Below the pieces are notes generated by a model. It ran no database searches, had not been told where the DNA came from, and was given only the letters and a program-made list of their open reading frames with translations. A stretch of DNA of 64,000 bases from the NCBI GenBank assembly GCA_965249725.1, contig CBDFMQ010000001.1:1-64000 (forward strand), read 5' to 3'. This stretch comes from Longimicrobiales bacterium. Its GTDB lineage: Bacteria; Gemmatimonadota; Gemmatimonadetes; Longimicrobiales; Gaopeijiaceae. Made by a program: the position numbers and the translations under genes. Each line of letters starts with the position of its first letter. Position 1 is the first letter of the stretch. Positions 17,787 through 28,168 of the stretch are shown here, in pieces.

Positions 17787-18655
17787 TGCGCCGCCGTACC
17801 ATTGGTGTGGTCGTCCCCGAGGTACGCCTCGATGACAGCCAGATCCGCCCGGATCTCCTCCGGCGTACCCTCCGCGATCTTGCGTCCGAAGTCGAGCACC
17901 GCCACGTGGTCCGAGATGTCCATGACCACGTCCATGTCGTGGTCGATCACGACTGGGGTGACGCCCCACTCCTCGTTCACATCGAGCACATAGCGGGCGA
18001 GCGCTTCCTTCTCCTCGGAGTTCATTCCAGCCATCGGTTCGTCCAGAAGCAGGAACTCGGGCTTCAACGCCAACGCTCGGCCGAGCTCCACCCTCTTTTG
18101 CTGGCCATAGGCGAGGTTGCCGACACGACTGCGTCGGATGGGCTGTAGCTCGAGAAAGTCGACGATGCGCTCGACCTCTTCCCGGTGCTCGATCTCTCGG
18201 GCTTGCTGGCGTCCCCAGTAGAATCCGCAGCTCAGGACGCTGCCTTCCATGTGGCCGTGCCGTCCGAGCATCAGGTTGTCGAGCACAGTCATGTGCTTAA
18301 ACAACTCGATGTTCTGAAAGGTGCGGGCGATGCCCAGGCCCGCGATCCGGTGAGGGGGGAGGCGGTCGACCCGATGCACCTGACCCGATTCGTCCGTGAG
18401 CGTGATCGTGCCTTCTTGAGCGCGATACAGCCCGCACAGACAGTTCAACAGGCTGGTCTTCCCCGCCCCGTTGGGGCCGATCAGGGCCTGGAGGGGGCCC
18501 CGACGGAAGGTGAGGCTCACATCGTCGAGCGCTGTGACACCGCCGAAGCGGAGCGTGAGCCCTTCGACCCGAATCTCGGACCGTCCCACTGCCTCGTCGT
18601 CAGCGACCGCGAGTCCTCCCGACTGGGGGGGCAGAGGATGTTCGGATGCGGTCAT
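17783..18655 (-). CDS. ABC transporter ATPase, LivG-like
   Basis: GPNGAGKTS, ARTFQN, LAYGQQKRVE, LDEPMAG. Confidence 0.93.
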   Translation of the reverse strand: MTASEHPLPPQSGGLAVADDEAVGRSEIRVEGLTLRFGGVTALDDVSLTFRRGPLQALIGPNGAGKTSLLNCLCGLYRAQEGTITLTDESGQVHRVDRLPPHRIAGLGIARTFQNIELFKHMTVLDNLMLGRHGHMEGSVLSCGFYWGRQQAREIEHREEVERIVDFLELQPIRRSRVGNLAYGQQKRVELGRALALKPEFLLLDEPMAGMNSEEKEALARYVLDVNEEWGVTPVVIDHDMDVVMDISDHVAVLDFGRKIAEGTPEEIRADLAVIEAYLGDDHTNGTAAQ

Positions 18656-18664
18656 CGTAGCTGC

Positions 18665-19822
18665 TTAGACCCAACCCCTCCTTCGGAACATCCGAAGCGT
18701 ATCGGCGAAACGCTCCAACCCCTCGGGCATGGCCGAGAGCGACAGCCGGTTGTAGGAGAGCATCGGCGGGAACGGCCGTCCCACCAGAATCCCGTTCTCC
18801 TCCATGCGACGGATGTAGTCGTTCTGGTCCCCGCGGATCTCGTGGAACAGAAACGCGGTGTGGCTCATGAAGTAGTCGAGCTCGAGTTCTTCCAGACACG
18901 CCGTGACGACGACTTTGCATTCGTCCCAAATCGCGAGGCTTCTCTCGTACCACCCCTCGTCTTCGAGCGCACCGATCGCGGCCTCGACGGCCAGCGTGTT
19001 GGGATTGGAATGCGTGGCGTAGAGGTTGAGCCGTTCGGCGGTATCGGCACCGCAAATACCGTAGCCTATCCGGAGCCCGGCGATCCCGTACAGCTTGGAG
19101 AACGTTCGTGTGATCAACACGTTCGACCGTTCGTTCGCCCACTTCTCCGCCGACCAGTAGCGGTCGTCGTTCACAAAAGGGTAGTACGCTTCGTCCACGA
19201 TGAAGAAGACGTTGTCCGACGACGCCCCGAACCAATCATCCAGTTCAGCGCTCGGTGTGATCGTACCCGTCGGATTGTTCGGATTGCAGATGTAGACGAC
19301 CGTGGGCTCAGGCCATCCCTCGGCCATCCCTCTCATGCGCTCGACGTCGTGCGCGAAGTCATCCGTGAGAGGCACCTGCTCGAGCCGGTACGGATACGGC
19401 TGAGCATAGTCCATCGCGTTCTCATACGTAGGGTTGGCCTGCAGCAACCGAGTCTCGGGCGTCGCATGCGCCCCCATGGCCATGCGAATGACCTCGGTCG
19501 AGCCGGCACCGAGAACCACCTGTTCATCGCTCACCCCGTGGATTTGGGCAATCTTCGCCACCAGCGTTTCGTCGCGCGGACCGGGGTAGTGGGGCACCTC
19601 GTCCATCGCGGCCATCATCGCGGCGTGTGCCTTCGGCGGAATGCCGAGCGGATTGGCGTTGTGATTCAGTCGGAGAATGCCGTCCTGAGACGGCGACGCC
19701 GTCGAAAACCGTCCGCCCTCGTGTTCGTCGGCGAGAGCGGCGTTCGGGAAGACGACGTTGGGCAGGGCCGCTAGCCCCACAGAGGCCTTCGCCCCGCTGG
19801 AAACGAATACCCGGCGGTCCAT
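18665..19822 (-). CDS. HisC-like PLP aminotransferase with twin-arginine signal
   Basis: MDRRVFV; CNPNNPTG, DEAY, RTFSKLYG. Confidence 0.85.
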   Translation of the reverse strand: MDRRVFVSSGAKASVGLAALPNVVFPNAALADEHEGGRFSTASPSQDGILRLNHNANPLGIPPKAHAAMMAAMDEVPHYPGPRDETLVAKIAQIHGVSDEQVVLGAGSTEVIRMAMGAHATPETRLLQANPTYENAMDYAQPYPYRLEQVPLTDDFAHDVERMRGMAEGWPEPTVVYICNPNNPTGTITPSAELDDWFGASSDNVFFIVDEAYYPFVNDDRYWSAEKWANERSNVLITRTFSKLYGIAGLRIGYGICGADTAERLNLYATHSNPNTLAVEAAIGALEDEGWYERSLAIWDECKVVVTACLEELELDYFMSHTAFLFHEIRGDQNDYIRRMEENGILVGRPFPPMLSYNRLSLSAMPEGLERFADTLRMFRRRGWV

Positions 19823-19832
19823 TGCTACCTCC

Positions 19833-22499
19833 TTACGATCCTTCGTGTGTACAGTACGGTGCGGCCTGGTCGAGCCAGTCCGACCCAAAGAGAAGGCCGC
19901 TCGGACCGCTGGATGTCCAGCTCCGCCCGGCCTGCGTCAAATCCCAGCCGCCCGACCCCGAGCCACCCAGGAAGTCCATCGCGGGCGATCCGATCGGGGC
20001 ACCCGGAGGTGCGTTGGGAGCCGACCGCAAGCCGTACGGCTCCCCTGGTCGGTCAAGGAAACGGCCGATGTCCATGGCGAGCAGACGATCACTGGCGAGT
20101 TGGGCGTCGAACGGCGTGTCGATAGAAGCCAACGTTGCGCTTCGCTCGTCGAGGAAGTTGCGCGCTCGTTCCAGATACGCGGTCGTGAGGGCCCTGACCT
20201 GAGGCATGGACGCCCCACCCGCCAGCGCCATCATCCGATCGATCGCGACGCTGCGAACCGCCCGCCGGATCTCTGCCTCGTAGGGGGAGTCCGTGTCGAC
20301 GGGTCCAGTCTCCATGAGCAGAGCAAGGACGACATCTTCGAGCGCCGGCAACGACGGATCCAGGGCATGCTGTTCGACCAACCGAGCGGCCCGGTCCGGC
20401 CGCAGCAATTCCGAGATGGTGTGATCCGCCGCAACAACTGCTGGAGATATCGCGTCGAACATGGAGCCGGTGTATCTGGGGAACAGCTCCCGGGTACGTC
20501 CATAGCCACCCGGTCTCGGAGGCAGCGTTGCGAGCACGCTCTGCGGAATCGCGAGAGCCGACGGGTCGAGGGTCGCCAGGAGCGACTCGATAGCCGCCCG
20601 CTGATCATCGCCCGACACTGGCTCGACGGCGGTCCGTCCGTCCCCGCGGAACGCATAGATGTAGTGGAGACCACCAACCGACGACGCCGTCGACGTCACC
20701 TGGTAGCGGTGATGCATATAGACCGGCACCAGCACCTCTTCCATGGTTGCCATGGGCCTGCCGGTCTTGATGACGCGCTCGCCGAACCGGTCTAGAGCAT
20801 GCCTGCGGATGTCCATCATCGCGTCGAGGTCGGCACTGGGGTTCATGCCGTTGACCCACTGATCGACGCGCGCGTTCGCCTGCTGGTCTTGATTGCTCAA
20901 GTAGCGAATGTCCTGCGCCCAGGCGTCGTCCAGGATCTGCATGAGCGCCGGAGCGGCCTCGGACTCGTCGGCGTAGACCGAATATCCGTATGCGATCGCC
21001 ACCCGGTCCCACTCGCCGATCTCGGCCTCGTACACGTCCGAGTAGTCGATCCGACCGTTTTCGAGGCTCACCAACGCGGTGGGATAGTCCATGACCGAGA
21101 TCCGCCCGGCCCGACTGTTGTAGTAGTTGTGCCCCAGGCCGATCGTGTGGCCCACCTCGTGAGCGCTGAGTTGGCGAATCCGCGCGAGAGCCCACTCGGC
21201 CAGCTCCGGAGGGGTCTCGTCACCGTTCTCGTAGGGGGCCAACAGCCCCTCTGCAATCATGTAGTCCTGACGGATCCGGAGCGATCCGAGGGTCACCCGC
21301 CCCTTGAGGATCTCTCCGGTGCGCGGATCGGTGACCGAGCCTCCCGAACTCCACCCGCGCGTCGATCGATGCACCCAGTTGATCACGTTGTAGCGGATGT
21401 CGTGGGAGCTGACGTCGGCAGGGCGAAGCTCCATGCGGAAGCCGTTCACGAATCCGGCCTCCTCGAAGGCTTGATTCCACCAGCTACCGCCCTCGAGAAG
21501 GGCGGAGCGAATCGGTTCGGGCGTGCCGGGGTCGAGATAGTAGACGATGGGCTCGACGGCTTCACTCATCGCCGTAGACGGGTTCCGCTTCTCGAGGCGG
21601 TGTCGCCGTACGAACCGCTTGGTCATGGGCTCACCCAAGGGCGTCGAGTAGTCGTCGAACGTCATGCTGCCGAACCCGGACCTCGGATCGTACAAACGAG
21701 GGGTATATGTCCCCAACTCCGGGAGCTTGATGAACGAGTGGTGCACCCGGAGCGTAGGAGCCTCGGCACTCGCCGCGACATCTCCCACACCCTGGAAGCC
21801 GTCGGCGTCGCCGCCCCCTCCGAATCCACCGCCCCCAGCCGGTCCACCCGGCTGCAGGGCGAACGTCAACGAGACCTCGATCTCGGTATTCTCCGGGAAA
21901 CCCATGGTCATGGGCATGTATACAGCGCTACGGGCCGGATCCACCCGATACGTGCCGGGTCGCATCCGCCGGGAGTAGTTGCCCACATCCCGCAGCAGGA
22001 AGTCGGTCGCATCCACGAGGACCCGCTCGCCCGTCTCGGCAGCCACCGTGAACCCGGCGAGCGTGGCGGGTGCGAAGGCGTCTTCCACTGCCTCGACCTC
22101 GTTGGGATTGGTCGACGACGCTCGGAAGCGATAGTTGGGTTGGACCATCAGTACCTTCGGTCCCACCCGGTGGAAACGCACCGCGCGTGAGCCAGCGCCC
22201 GATCCGCGATCGAGGCCCAGGTCGTTGGACCCCAACCCGGCGGCGAGCCCGGCCATGTGCATCAGATCCGTGTCCCACAGAGCGATCTCCAGCCACACCT
22301 TGCCGGCGGATTCCTCCCAATAAATCGGAACGAAGCCGTCGATCTTCTGCATGCCTTCCGTCTTGTCTTCTATGGAAGGCGGTGGACCACTCGCCTCATC
22401 ACCCCCACCGCGACCGCCCTGGGCGAACGCATCGGTGGTAGCAGCAAGGAAGAGTGCGAACGCGAAGATGGCGAACAGCGGGGTGGGTACCCTTGGCAT
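19833..22499 (-). CDS. Secreted zinc-dependent metalloprotease (DUF5117/DUF4953-type)
   Basis: Signal peptide; HEVGHTIGLGHN, SVMDYP Met-turn, DPRTGEILKG. Confidence 0.88.
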   Translation of the reverse strand: MPRVPTPLFAIFAFALFLAATTDAFAQGGRGGGDEASGPPPSIEDKTEGMQKIDGFVPIYWEESAGKVWLEIALWDTDLMHMAGLAAGLGSNDLGLDRGSGAGSRAVRFHRVGPKVLMVQPNYRFRASSTNPNEVEAVEDAFAPATLAGFTVAAETGERVLVDATDFLLRDVGNYSRRMRPGTYRVDPARSAVYMPMTMGFPENTEIEVSLTFALQPGGPAGGGGFGGGGDADGFQGVGDVAASAEAPTLRVHHSFIKLPELGTYTPRLYDPRSGFGSMTFDDYSTPLGEPMTKRFVRRHRLEKRNPSTAMSEAVEPIVYYLDPGTPEPIRSALLEGGSWWNQAFEEAGFVNGFRMELRPADVSSHDIRYNVINWVHRSTRGWSSGGSVTDPRTGEILKGRVTLGSLRIRQDYMIAEGLLAPYENGDETPPELAEWALARIRQLSAHEVGHTIGLGHNYYNSRAGRISVMDYPTALVSLENGRIDYSDVYEAEIGEWDRVAIAYGYSVYADESEAAPALMQILDDAWAQDIRYLSNQDQQANARVDQWVNGMNPSADLDAMMDIRRHALDRFGERVIKTGRPMATMEEVLVPVYMHHRYQVTSTASSVGGLHYIYAFRGDGRTAVEPVSGDDQRAAIESLLATLDPSALAIPQSVLATLPPRPGGYGRTRELFPRYTGSMFDAISPAVVAADHTISELLRPDRAARLVEQHALDPSLPALEDVVLALLMETGPVDTDSPYEAEIRRAVRSVAIDRMMALAGGASMPQVRALTTAYLERARNFLDERSATLASIDTPFDAQLASDRLLAMDIGRFLDRPGEPYGLRSAPNAPPGAPIGSPAMDFLGGSGSGGWDLTQAGRSWTSSGPSGLLFGSDWLDQAAPYCTHEGS

Positions 22500-22679
22500 G
22501 AAGACCTCCTGAACAACTGGTTCTCTGGCTCATGGCTCGACCGAAAGTCGGACGGAGATGGTACTCGCTCGGGACGGGTACTGCCAATGCTTGTGGCGCC
22601 CCACCGGCGCCCCGCATGTTGGGGGCCACGACCCCGCCGCTGATGGTCCTTCCAGGACCGGCATCCACGGAGCAGAGCC

Positions 22680-23810
22680 ATGTCGCATCGGTGTTTCGCC
22701 CAGCCCTCGTCGACCGCCCTCTCGCCACGCCCGATCATCGTGCTCTTCTTCATCCTGGCAGTACTGAGCGGGGCGGCGCCCGCTTCCGCTCAACTCTTCA
22801 CCGAACCCGCCAACCACCATCCCAACCCGTACACCACCGTCAACGACTACTTCACGCTTCCGGATGGACGGGAGTGGGGCTCCACGAGCGCGGTGGACAT
22901 CGACCCGGACGGTACGTCCGTCTGGGTGGCGGATCGGTGCGGGGCCAACAGCTGCGCCGGATCGATAGTCGATCCGATCCTCAAGTACGACACATCAGGC
23001 AACCTCATCACGAGCTTCGGGGCCGGGATGATCCTGTGGCCGCACGGAATCCATGTGGACGACGACGGCAACGTCTGGATCACCGACGCTCGTGCCGCCC
23101 GCCCCAACGAGTTGGAACAGTTCCCCGCCGCGGCGGGCAAGGGCCATACCGTCATGAAGTTCAGTCCCACGGGAGAACTCCTGATGACGCTCGGAGAACC
23201 CGGAGTGGCCGGTGACGGCAAGGGCGCCCTCCTCGACCAGCCGAACGACGTGATCACCGCACCGAACGGAGACATCTACGTGGCCGACGGCCATTCCGGC
23301 CAGGGCGCCAACGCCGATGCGAACACCACGTCGCGCATCGCCAAGTTCGACTCGGAGGGCAACTTCCTGGAGTCGTGGGGCCGGATCGGCACGGCTCCCG
23401 GCGAGTTCCGGACACCACACAGCCTGGCCTTCGATTCCCGGGGACGTCTCTTTGTGGCCGACCGCGGCAACGTGCGGATCCAGATCTTCGACCAGGAGGG
23501 TCACTTCATCGACCAGTGGTTCCAGTTCGGCCGCTCGAGCGGCATTCACATCGACGACAACGACGTCCTTTACACGGCCGACTCTGAGTCGAGCCCGACC
23601 AGCAATCCCGGATGGCAGCGAGGGATTCGGGTGGGTAACGCAATTACGGGACATGTGCTCTACTTCATTCCCGATACCGCCGAATCTCCGCGGGGCACCA
23701 CGAACGCCGAGGGCGTGGCGGCCGATGCGAACGGCATCATCTACGGTGCGGAGGTCGGGCCCCGACAACTCGTCCGGTACGAGCCTGGGGAGGGGGTCCG
23801 CCGTCGATAG
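22680..23810 (+). CDS. NHL-repeat beta-propeller, peptidyl-alpha-hydroxyglycine lyase-like
   Basis: Signal peptide; WPHGIHVD, QPNDV, TPHSLAFD, VADRGN. Confidence 0.85.
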   Translation: MSHRCFAQPSSTALSPRPIIVLFFILAVLSGAAPASAQLFTEPANHHPNPYTTVNDYFTLPDGREWGSTSAVDIDPDGTSVWVADRCGANSCAGSIVDPILKYDTSGNLITSFGAGMILWPHGIHVDDDGNVWITDARAARPNELEQFPAAAGKGHTVMKFSPTGELLMTLGEPGVAGDGKGALLDQPNDVITAPNGDIYVADGHSGQGANADANTTSRIAKFDSEGNFLESWGRIGTAPGEFRTPHSLAFDSRGRLFVADRGNVRIQIFDQEGHFIDQWFQFGRSSGIHIDDNDVLYTADSESSPTSNPGWQRGIRVGNAITGHVLYFIPDTAESPRGTTNAEGVAADANGIIYGAEVGPRQLVRYEPGEGVRRR

Positions 23811-23832
23811 CCGGAAGAGGCGGTAGCAGCGT

Positions 23833-24984
23833 ATGCCCTTGAACGACACCACGGCCGACGTCGTCGTCATCGGCGCCGGCATCACGGGCGCCTCGTCGGC
23901 ATGGCACCTCGCTTCTCGGGGCATGCGCGTGGTCGTTCTCGAGAAGGATGCGGCGCCGGCCATGGGCTCTACGGGCAAGAGCGCGGCCGGCGTCCGCGTG
24001 CAGTTCACGACCGAGGCCAACATCCGCCTGTCCATGCACTCCCTCCCCGTATATCGCGAGTTCAAGGAGCGGCACGGCCACGACGTCGGATATCAGGACA
24101 TCGGCTACCTGCTTCTGGTGCCACACGATAGATGGGAGAGCCACCTCGAGTCCGTCGAGCTGCAGCGGAGCTTGGGAGCGCCCGTCGAGGTGCTGGATCC
24201 GGACGAGGCTCAACGCTACGTAACCTTCGAGACCGACGGTCTGGCCGGAGCGACCTACGGACCTTGGGACGGCGTGATCGATCCGCACATGGCCACGCAC
24301 GCGTGGGTCTCCATGGGAAGGGCGCTAGGCGTCGACTTCCGGCTCAACTCTCCGGTGACGGGCGTCGAGCGGAAGGGCCCGGGCTGGATAGTGCAAACCG
24401 GTGGGTCCACCATCCGGTGCGGTCACGTCGTGAACGCCGCGGGGGCGTGGTCCGCTCAGATCGGGGCGTTCGCGGGACTCGAGGTGCCGGTGGGGCCCAA
24501 GCGCATCCAGATCTTCCTCAGCGCTCCCATCGACGACCCCCGCACCTACCCGCTGACCATCGACCTGACCACGGGCGTGTACCTCCGAAGCGAAGGCAAT
24601 CGAGTCCTCTTCGGACGTGACGACCTGGATCAGGATTTCGGCTTCACCGAGGGCATGGACTGGGACTGGCTGGAGCACGTGCTGCTCACCGGCGTGCCCC
24701 GGTACCCGTGGTGGGAGGATCTGGGCGTCGACCGGAAGGGCAGTTGGTGGGGATACTACGCGGTGTCCCCGGACAACAGCCCGATCATCGGCCCGAATCC
24801 GGGAGCCGAGTACTGGATCGACGCATGCGGCTTCTCGGGCCATGGAATCATGCACGCGCCCGTCGCAGGTCTCGCAGTCTCGGAATTCATCGCCGACGGA
24901 GAGTCACACACGCTGGACATGGGCCCCTTCCAGCACGATCGGTTCGGGAAAGAAGGCGTGGCGGTGGAGACCAACATCTTCTAG
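23833..24984 (+). CDS. FAD-dependent oxidoreductase (DAO/sarcosine oxidase beta family)
   Basis: VIGAGITG, GSTGKSAAG, VVNAAGAW, GFSGHG. Confidence 0.9.
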   Translation: MPLNDTTADVVVIGAGITGASSAWHLASRGMRVVVLEKDAAPAMGSTGKSAAGVRVQFTTEANIRLSMHSLPVYREFKERHGHDVGYQDIGYLLLVPHDRWESHLESVELQRSLGAPVEVLDPDEAQRYVTFETDGLAGATYGPWDGVIDPHMATHAWVSMGRALGVDFRLNSPVTGVERKGPGWIVQTGGSTIRCGHVVNAAGAWSAQIGAFAGLEVPVGPKRIQIFLSAPIDDPRTYPLTIDLTTGVYLRSEGNRVLFGRDDLDQDFGFTEGMDWDWLEHVLLTGVPRYPWWEDLGVDRKGSWWGYYAVSPDNSPIIGPNPGAEYWIDACGFSGHGIMHAPVAGLAVSEFIADGESHTLDMGPFQHDRFGKEGVAVETNIF

Positions 24985-25027
24985 CGGCTCGCCGACAGGC
25001 TCTTCAGGAAGTTCCGGCGTTCCACGT

Positions 25028-26323
25028 CTACTCTTGTCTCAGCGCCTTGAGGATCATGCGCCCCTCCAGGTCGTCGAATACATCAGGGAGATCCACGGCC
25101 AAACGCGCCGCGATCGTCGCGAGCTCGCCGGTGGCCCACTCGGAGGCTGCCAACTCTCCCAAGCGTCCCAGGCCACGAAGAGCGGGTAGAGCCAGGAGGT
25201 CCAGGCGTGAGGGGGTACGCCCGTCGCTCAAAGCGTCCAGATCGCCCCACTCAGAGACGTCGGAGCTGGCGTCGGCCACCGCCTGATACGCCTCCCGGGC
25301 CGCACCCTCGTTTCCGAGGCGACTCTCCGCTCGCGCAAGCAGCAGGCGCACCAGACGCTCCTCCGGTTCGTACGGTTTCCCCAGCCCGAGCGACTCCGGC
25401 CATTCCAGAGCCGTCAGGAGGTGGCCCTTCGCACCCGAGTAGTTGCCGGCGTCCATGGCATCCAGCGCCCTCAACGTGTGCGCATGCTCATACAGGAGGT
25501 GACTTCCCCGGGCGTTCTCGGAGGGGAGTACGTGGATGGCCGCCAGAATGGGGGTGGCCTCGCGCGCACGCCCGACATTGATGAGGGCCCGAGCCATGAA
25601 CAAATCCAGATTGAAGTCGTCCGGAAACCGGGCCCGGGCCGCATCCAGCGCCGATAGCGCCTCGGTCCAACGGCCCTCCTCCTCGAGGTGGCGAATCAAC
25701 TGGATGTGCAGAGGCCAGCTCTGTGGATCGAGGGCGACTCCCCGCCGGAAATCCTCCGTCGGGTCGATCCCAGAGACCTGGTTCAGCAGGTGGCCACGAG
25801 CCACGTAGAAGGGCCCGTAGTCGGGCTGATTCCCCAGGGACCGGAGACGCGAGGCCGCCTCGTCGCCGCGGTCTACCGCCCAGAGGTTCAACGCGAGCAT
25901 GTACTCCCACAGCCACGCGTCACTGTTCTCGGTGGCCCACGCCAACACGGACAGAGTCTCTCGTCGGAACGGGAACTGGAAGGACGGGTCGCCCGACCCA
26001 TCGAGCAGGGCGGGATCGTTGCTCAGCCTCGCACGCCACGCCTGGTAGAGCGGCCCTCCCTCGGCGCTGGTCCGTCCCCGATCCTTCAGGGCGTCGGTAC
26101 CGGTCGTACCCAACAACGCCTCCACGCCACCAGCGCCGACCACGGGGACCTCCAACAGGGCAATGGCGTCCTCGGGCAGACCGACGTGGAGATATCCGAT
26201 GGCCATCTCCAGGAGCGTCTGGTCGGGGTACTCGCCACCGAGGGCGTCGGTCAGCGTCCGGACGGTAGCCTCGCCCGGCGCGGCCAGATACTCCTCGCTC
26301 CGAGCGAAATGGTGCAACGGATC
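25028..26323 (-). CDS. TPR-repeat protein, C-terminal part only (DUF5107-type tail)
   Basis: DPLHHFAR, FPFRRETL, WPESLGLGKPY, helical repeats; upstream part of the listed ORF is antisense to VirB4. Confidence 0.7.
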   Translation of the reverse strand, partial: DPLHHFARSEEYLAAPGEATVRTLTDALGGEYPDQTLLEMAIGYLHVGLPEDAIALLEVPVVGAGGVEALLGTTGTDALKDRGRTSAEGGPLYQAWRARLSNDPALLDGSGDPSFQFPFRRETLSVLAWATENSDAWLWEYMLALNLWAVDRGDEAASRLRSLGNQPDYGPFYVARGHLLNQVSGIDPTEDFRRGVALDPQSWPLHIQLIRHLEEEGRWTEALSALDAARARFPDDFNLDLFMARALINVGRAREATPILAAIHVLPSENARGSHLLYEHAHTLRALDAMDAGNYSGAKGHLLTALEWPESLGLGKPYEPEERLVRLLLARAESRLGNEGAAREAYQAVADASSDVSEWGDLDALSDGRTPSRLDLLALPALRGLGRLGELAASEWATGELATIAARLAVDLPDVFDDLEGRMILKALRQE

Positions 26324-28162
26324 AACCGTCCGGGCACGGTGTGGGACGGCGCGACGGGGAGCGGTATGAACTGGCGGCTCGCGCTCTCGGAGCTCGAGGC
26401 GGAGCGCAGTCACCTGCGGCTCGACGGCGAGCCGGTGATCCTGTACTCGCTCCTGTCCCCGCCCGGCCAAGCCTACGCGAACCTGCTCCGGGAGCTGTAC
26501 TGCCTCGATGCGGTGATGACGGTCTCGCTCGAGTGGCGGCCCTGGGCGATGGAAGCGGCCCGGCGCCGGATCCGTGGTGCGCAGCGGCACTACTTCGCGC
26601 GCCGCTACTCGATGATGGCCCATGTGCAGGAGACCGAAGGCACGGCCGCCGCCATGGTCGACTCGGCCGCGGCCACCGAGTCCGATCGTCTGGGCGAGGC
26701 GCTGGTCGAGCTGGAAGCGGACGGCGTGAGCTACGGCGAGGCGACGCTGACGGTGGCGCTCCACGGCGAGCTGGGGAGCATCGAGCGGCTGGACGGCGAC
26801 CTGCGTCGGCTGTTCGCTGCGCACGACGCGAAGGTGATCCGGGAGGGCTACGGCCAGCTGCCGGCGTGGTTCTCGCGGCTCCCGGCCCAACCGCGTGGGC
26901 GGCAGGTGCGGAAGGTCTTCGTGTCGGCCGGAGTGGCCGCGTGCCTGGCGCCGCTGTTCGGGCCGCCCAAGGGCCGGGCTAAGAGCAAACACCTTGGCCG
27001 CGAGTCGCTCGCGGTCTTGGAGACCCCGTGGCGCACGGCGTACCACTACGACCTGTTCGCCGGCGACGTGGGTCACACGCTGATGCTCGGCGCGACCGGC
27101 TCGGGCAAGAGCTTCACACTGAACTTCCTCCTGGTCGAAGCGCTCAGGTACGACCCGCGCGTCCTGATTCTGGACTTGGGCGGCTCCTACCGCTGGCTGA
27201 CCCGGTTTCTCGGGGGGCGCTACCTCGAGCTGTCGCCCGGCGAGGCGGAGCCGACGCTCCGGCTGCAGCCGTTCGCGCTGCCGGCGACGACGCGGACGTT
27301 CCAGTTCCTGACGGGCTGGGTGCTCCGGCTGCTGAAGCTCGGCGGTTGGGAGGCGAGCGGCGCGGACACGAGCGAGATCCGCTCGCGCATCGAGGACCTG
27401 TATGCGTTCGAGCCGGAGCGGCGCACGCTGAGCGTCCTGGCAAGCTCGCTTCCGTCCGCGACGTGGCCGGCCTGGAGCCGCTGGACCCAAGGCGGCGCCT
27501 GGGGCGCGTACTTCGATAACCCGGCGGGCGGGACACCGGATCTCGAGTTCGCCGACTGGCAGGTGATCGACCTGGCCGGCGCGGTCGAGCATCCGGATCT
27601 CTGCGACGCGGCACTCTCCTATCTGCTCGAGCGGATGCGCTTGGAGGTGGAGGACCCGTCCGAGGCGGCGCGGCTGAAGCTGATGGTCGTGGACGAGGCC
27701 TGGCGCTACCTGCAGGACCCGGCGGTGCTTAGCTATCTGGCCGAGGCGGCGAAGACGTGGCGCAAGAAGAACGCCGCGCTGATCCTCGCCACGCAGTCCG
27801 CCGTGGACGTCACGGCAACGCCCGGCGCTGCGGCGCTGCTCGAGTCGATCCCCACCAAGCTCTTCCTCGCGAACCCCGAGTTCCCCGACGCGGTCGGGGC
27901 GCTGTTCCGGCTGAACGACTCGGAGCTGGCGCAGGTCCGTGGCCTGATCCCCAAACGCGAGCTCTATCTGCGCCGCCCGGGCGGGGCGGCGGTGCTCCGG
28001 CTCGAGGTCGATCCGGAGAGCTACTGGCTCTACACCTCGTCCGCGCTCGACGCCGAGGAGAGGGCCCGGGCCGTCGAGCGTCACGGGCTCGCCCGGGCCC
28101 TCGAGGTTCTCGCGAGCCGAGACGATCCCACCCCCACCCCCACCCCCAACGCAAGGAGCTGA
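26321..28162 (+). CDS. virB4: VirB4-like T4SS ATPase (5' truncated)
   Basis: GATGSGKS, MVVDEAW, WRKKNAALILATQS. Confidence 0.9.
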   Translation: MNRPGTVWDGATGSGMNWRLALSELEAERSHLRLDGEPVILYSLLSPPGQAYANLLRELYCLDAVMTVSLEWRPWAMEAARRRIRGAQRHYFARRYSMMAHVQETEGTAAAMVDSAAATESDRLGEALVELEADGVSYGEATLTVALHGELGSIERLDGDLRRLFAAHDAKVIREGYGQLPAWFSRLPAQPRGRQVRKVFVSAGVAACLAPLFGPPKGRAKSKHLGRESLAVLETPWRTAYHYDLFAGDVGHTLMLGATGSGKSFTLNFLLVEALRYDPRVLILDLGGSYRWLTRFLGGRYLELSPGEAEPTLRLQPFALPATTRTFQFLTGWVLRLLKLGGWEASGADTSEIRSRIEDLYAFEPERRTLSVLASSLPSATWPAWSRWTQGGAWGAYFDNPAGGTPDLEFADWQVIDLAGAVEHPDLCDAALSYLLERMRLEVEDPSEAARLKLMVVDEAWRYLQDPAVLSYLAEAAKTWRKKNAALILATQSAVDVTATPGAAALLESIPTKLFLANPEFPDAVGALFRLNDSELAQVRGLIPKRELYLRRPGGAAVLRLEVDPESYWLYTSSALDAEERARAVERHGLARALEVLASRDDPTPTPTPNARS

Positions 28163-28168
28163 CACGCC

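Noticed and set aside
18185..22190. Long plus-strand ORFs opposite the aminotransferase and protease
   Set aside because: Typical antisense shadows in high-GC coding DNA, with no motifs
22550..22670. Fluoride riboswitch or hammerhead-like words (GGAGATGG ... GCTGATGG)
   Set aside because: The required pairings, spacing and GAAA core are missing, and the downstream gene does not fit
25028..28165. 1045-aa minus ORF and 824-aa plus ORF overlapping each other
   Set aside because: Each is a real gene fragment extended by the antisense frame of the other across the ~26323 junction; not a fusion or a true overlap
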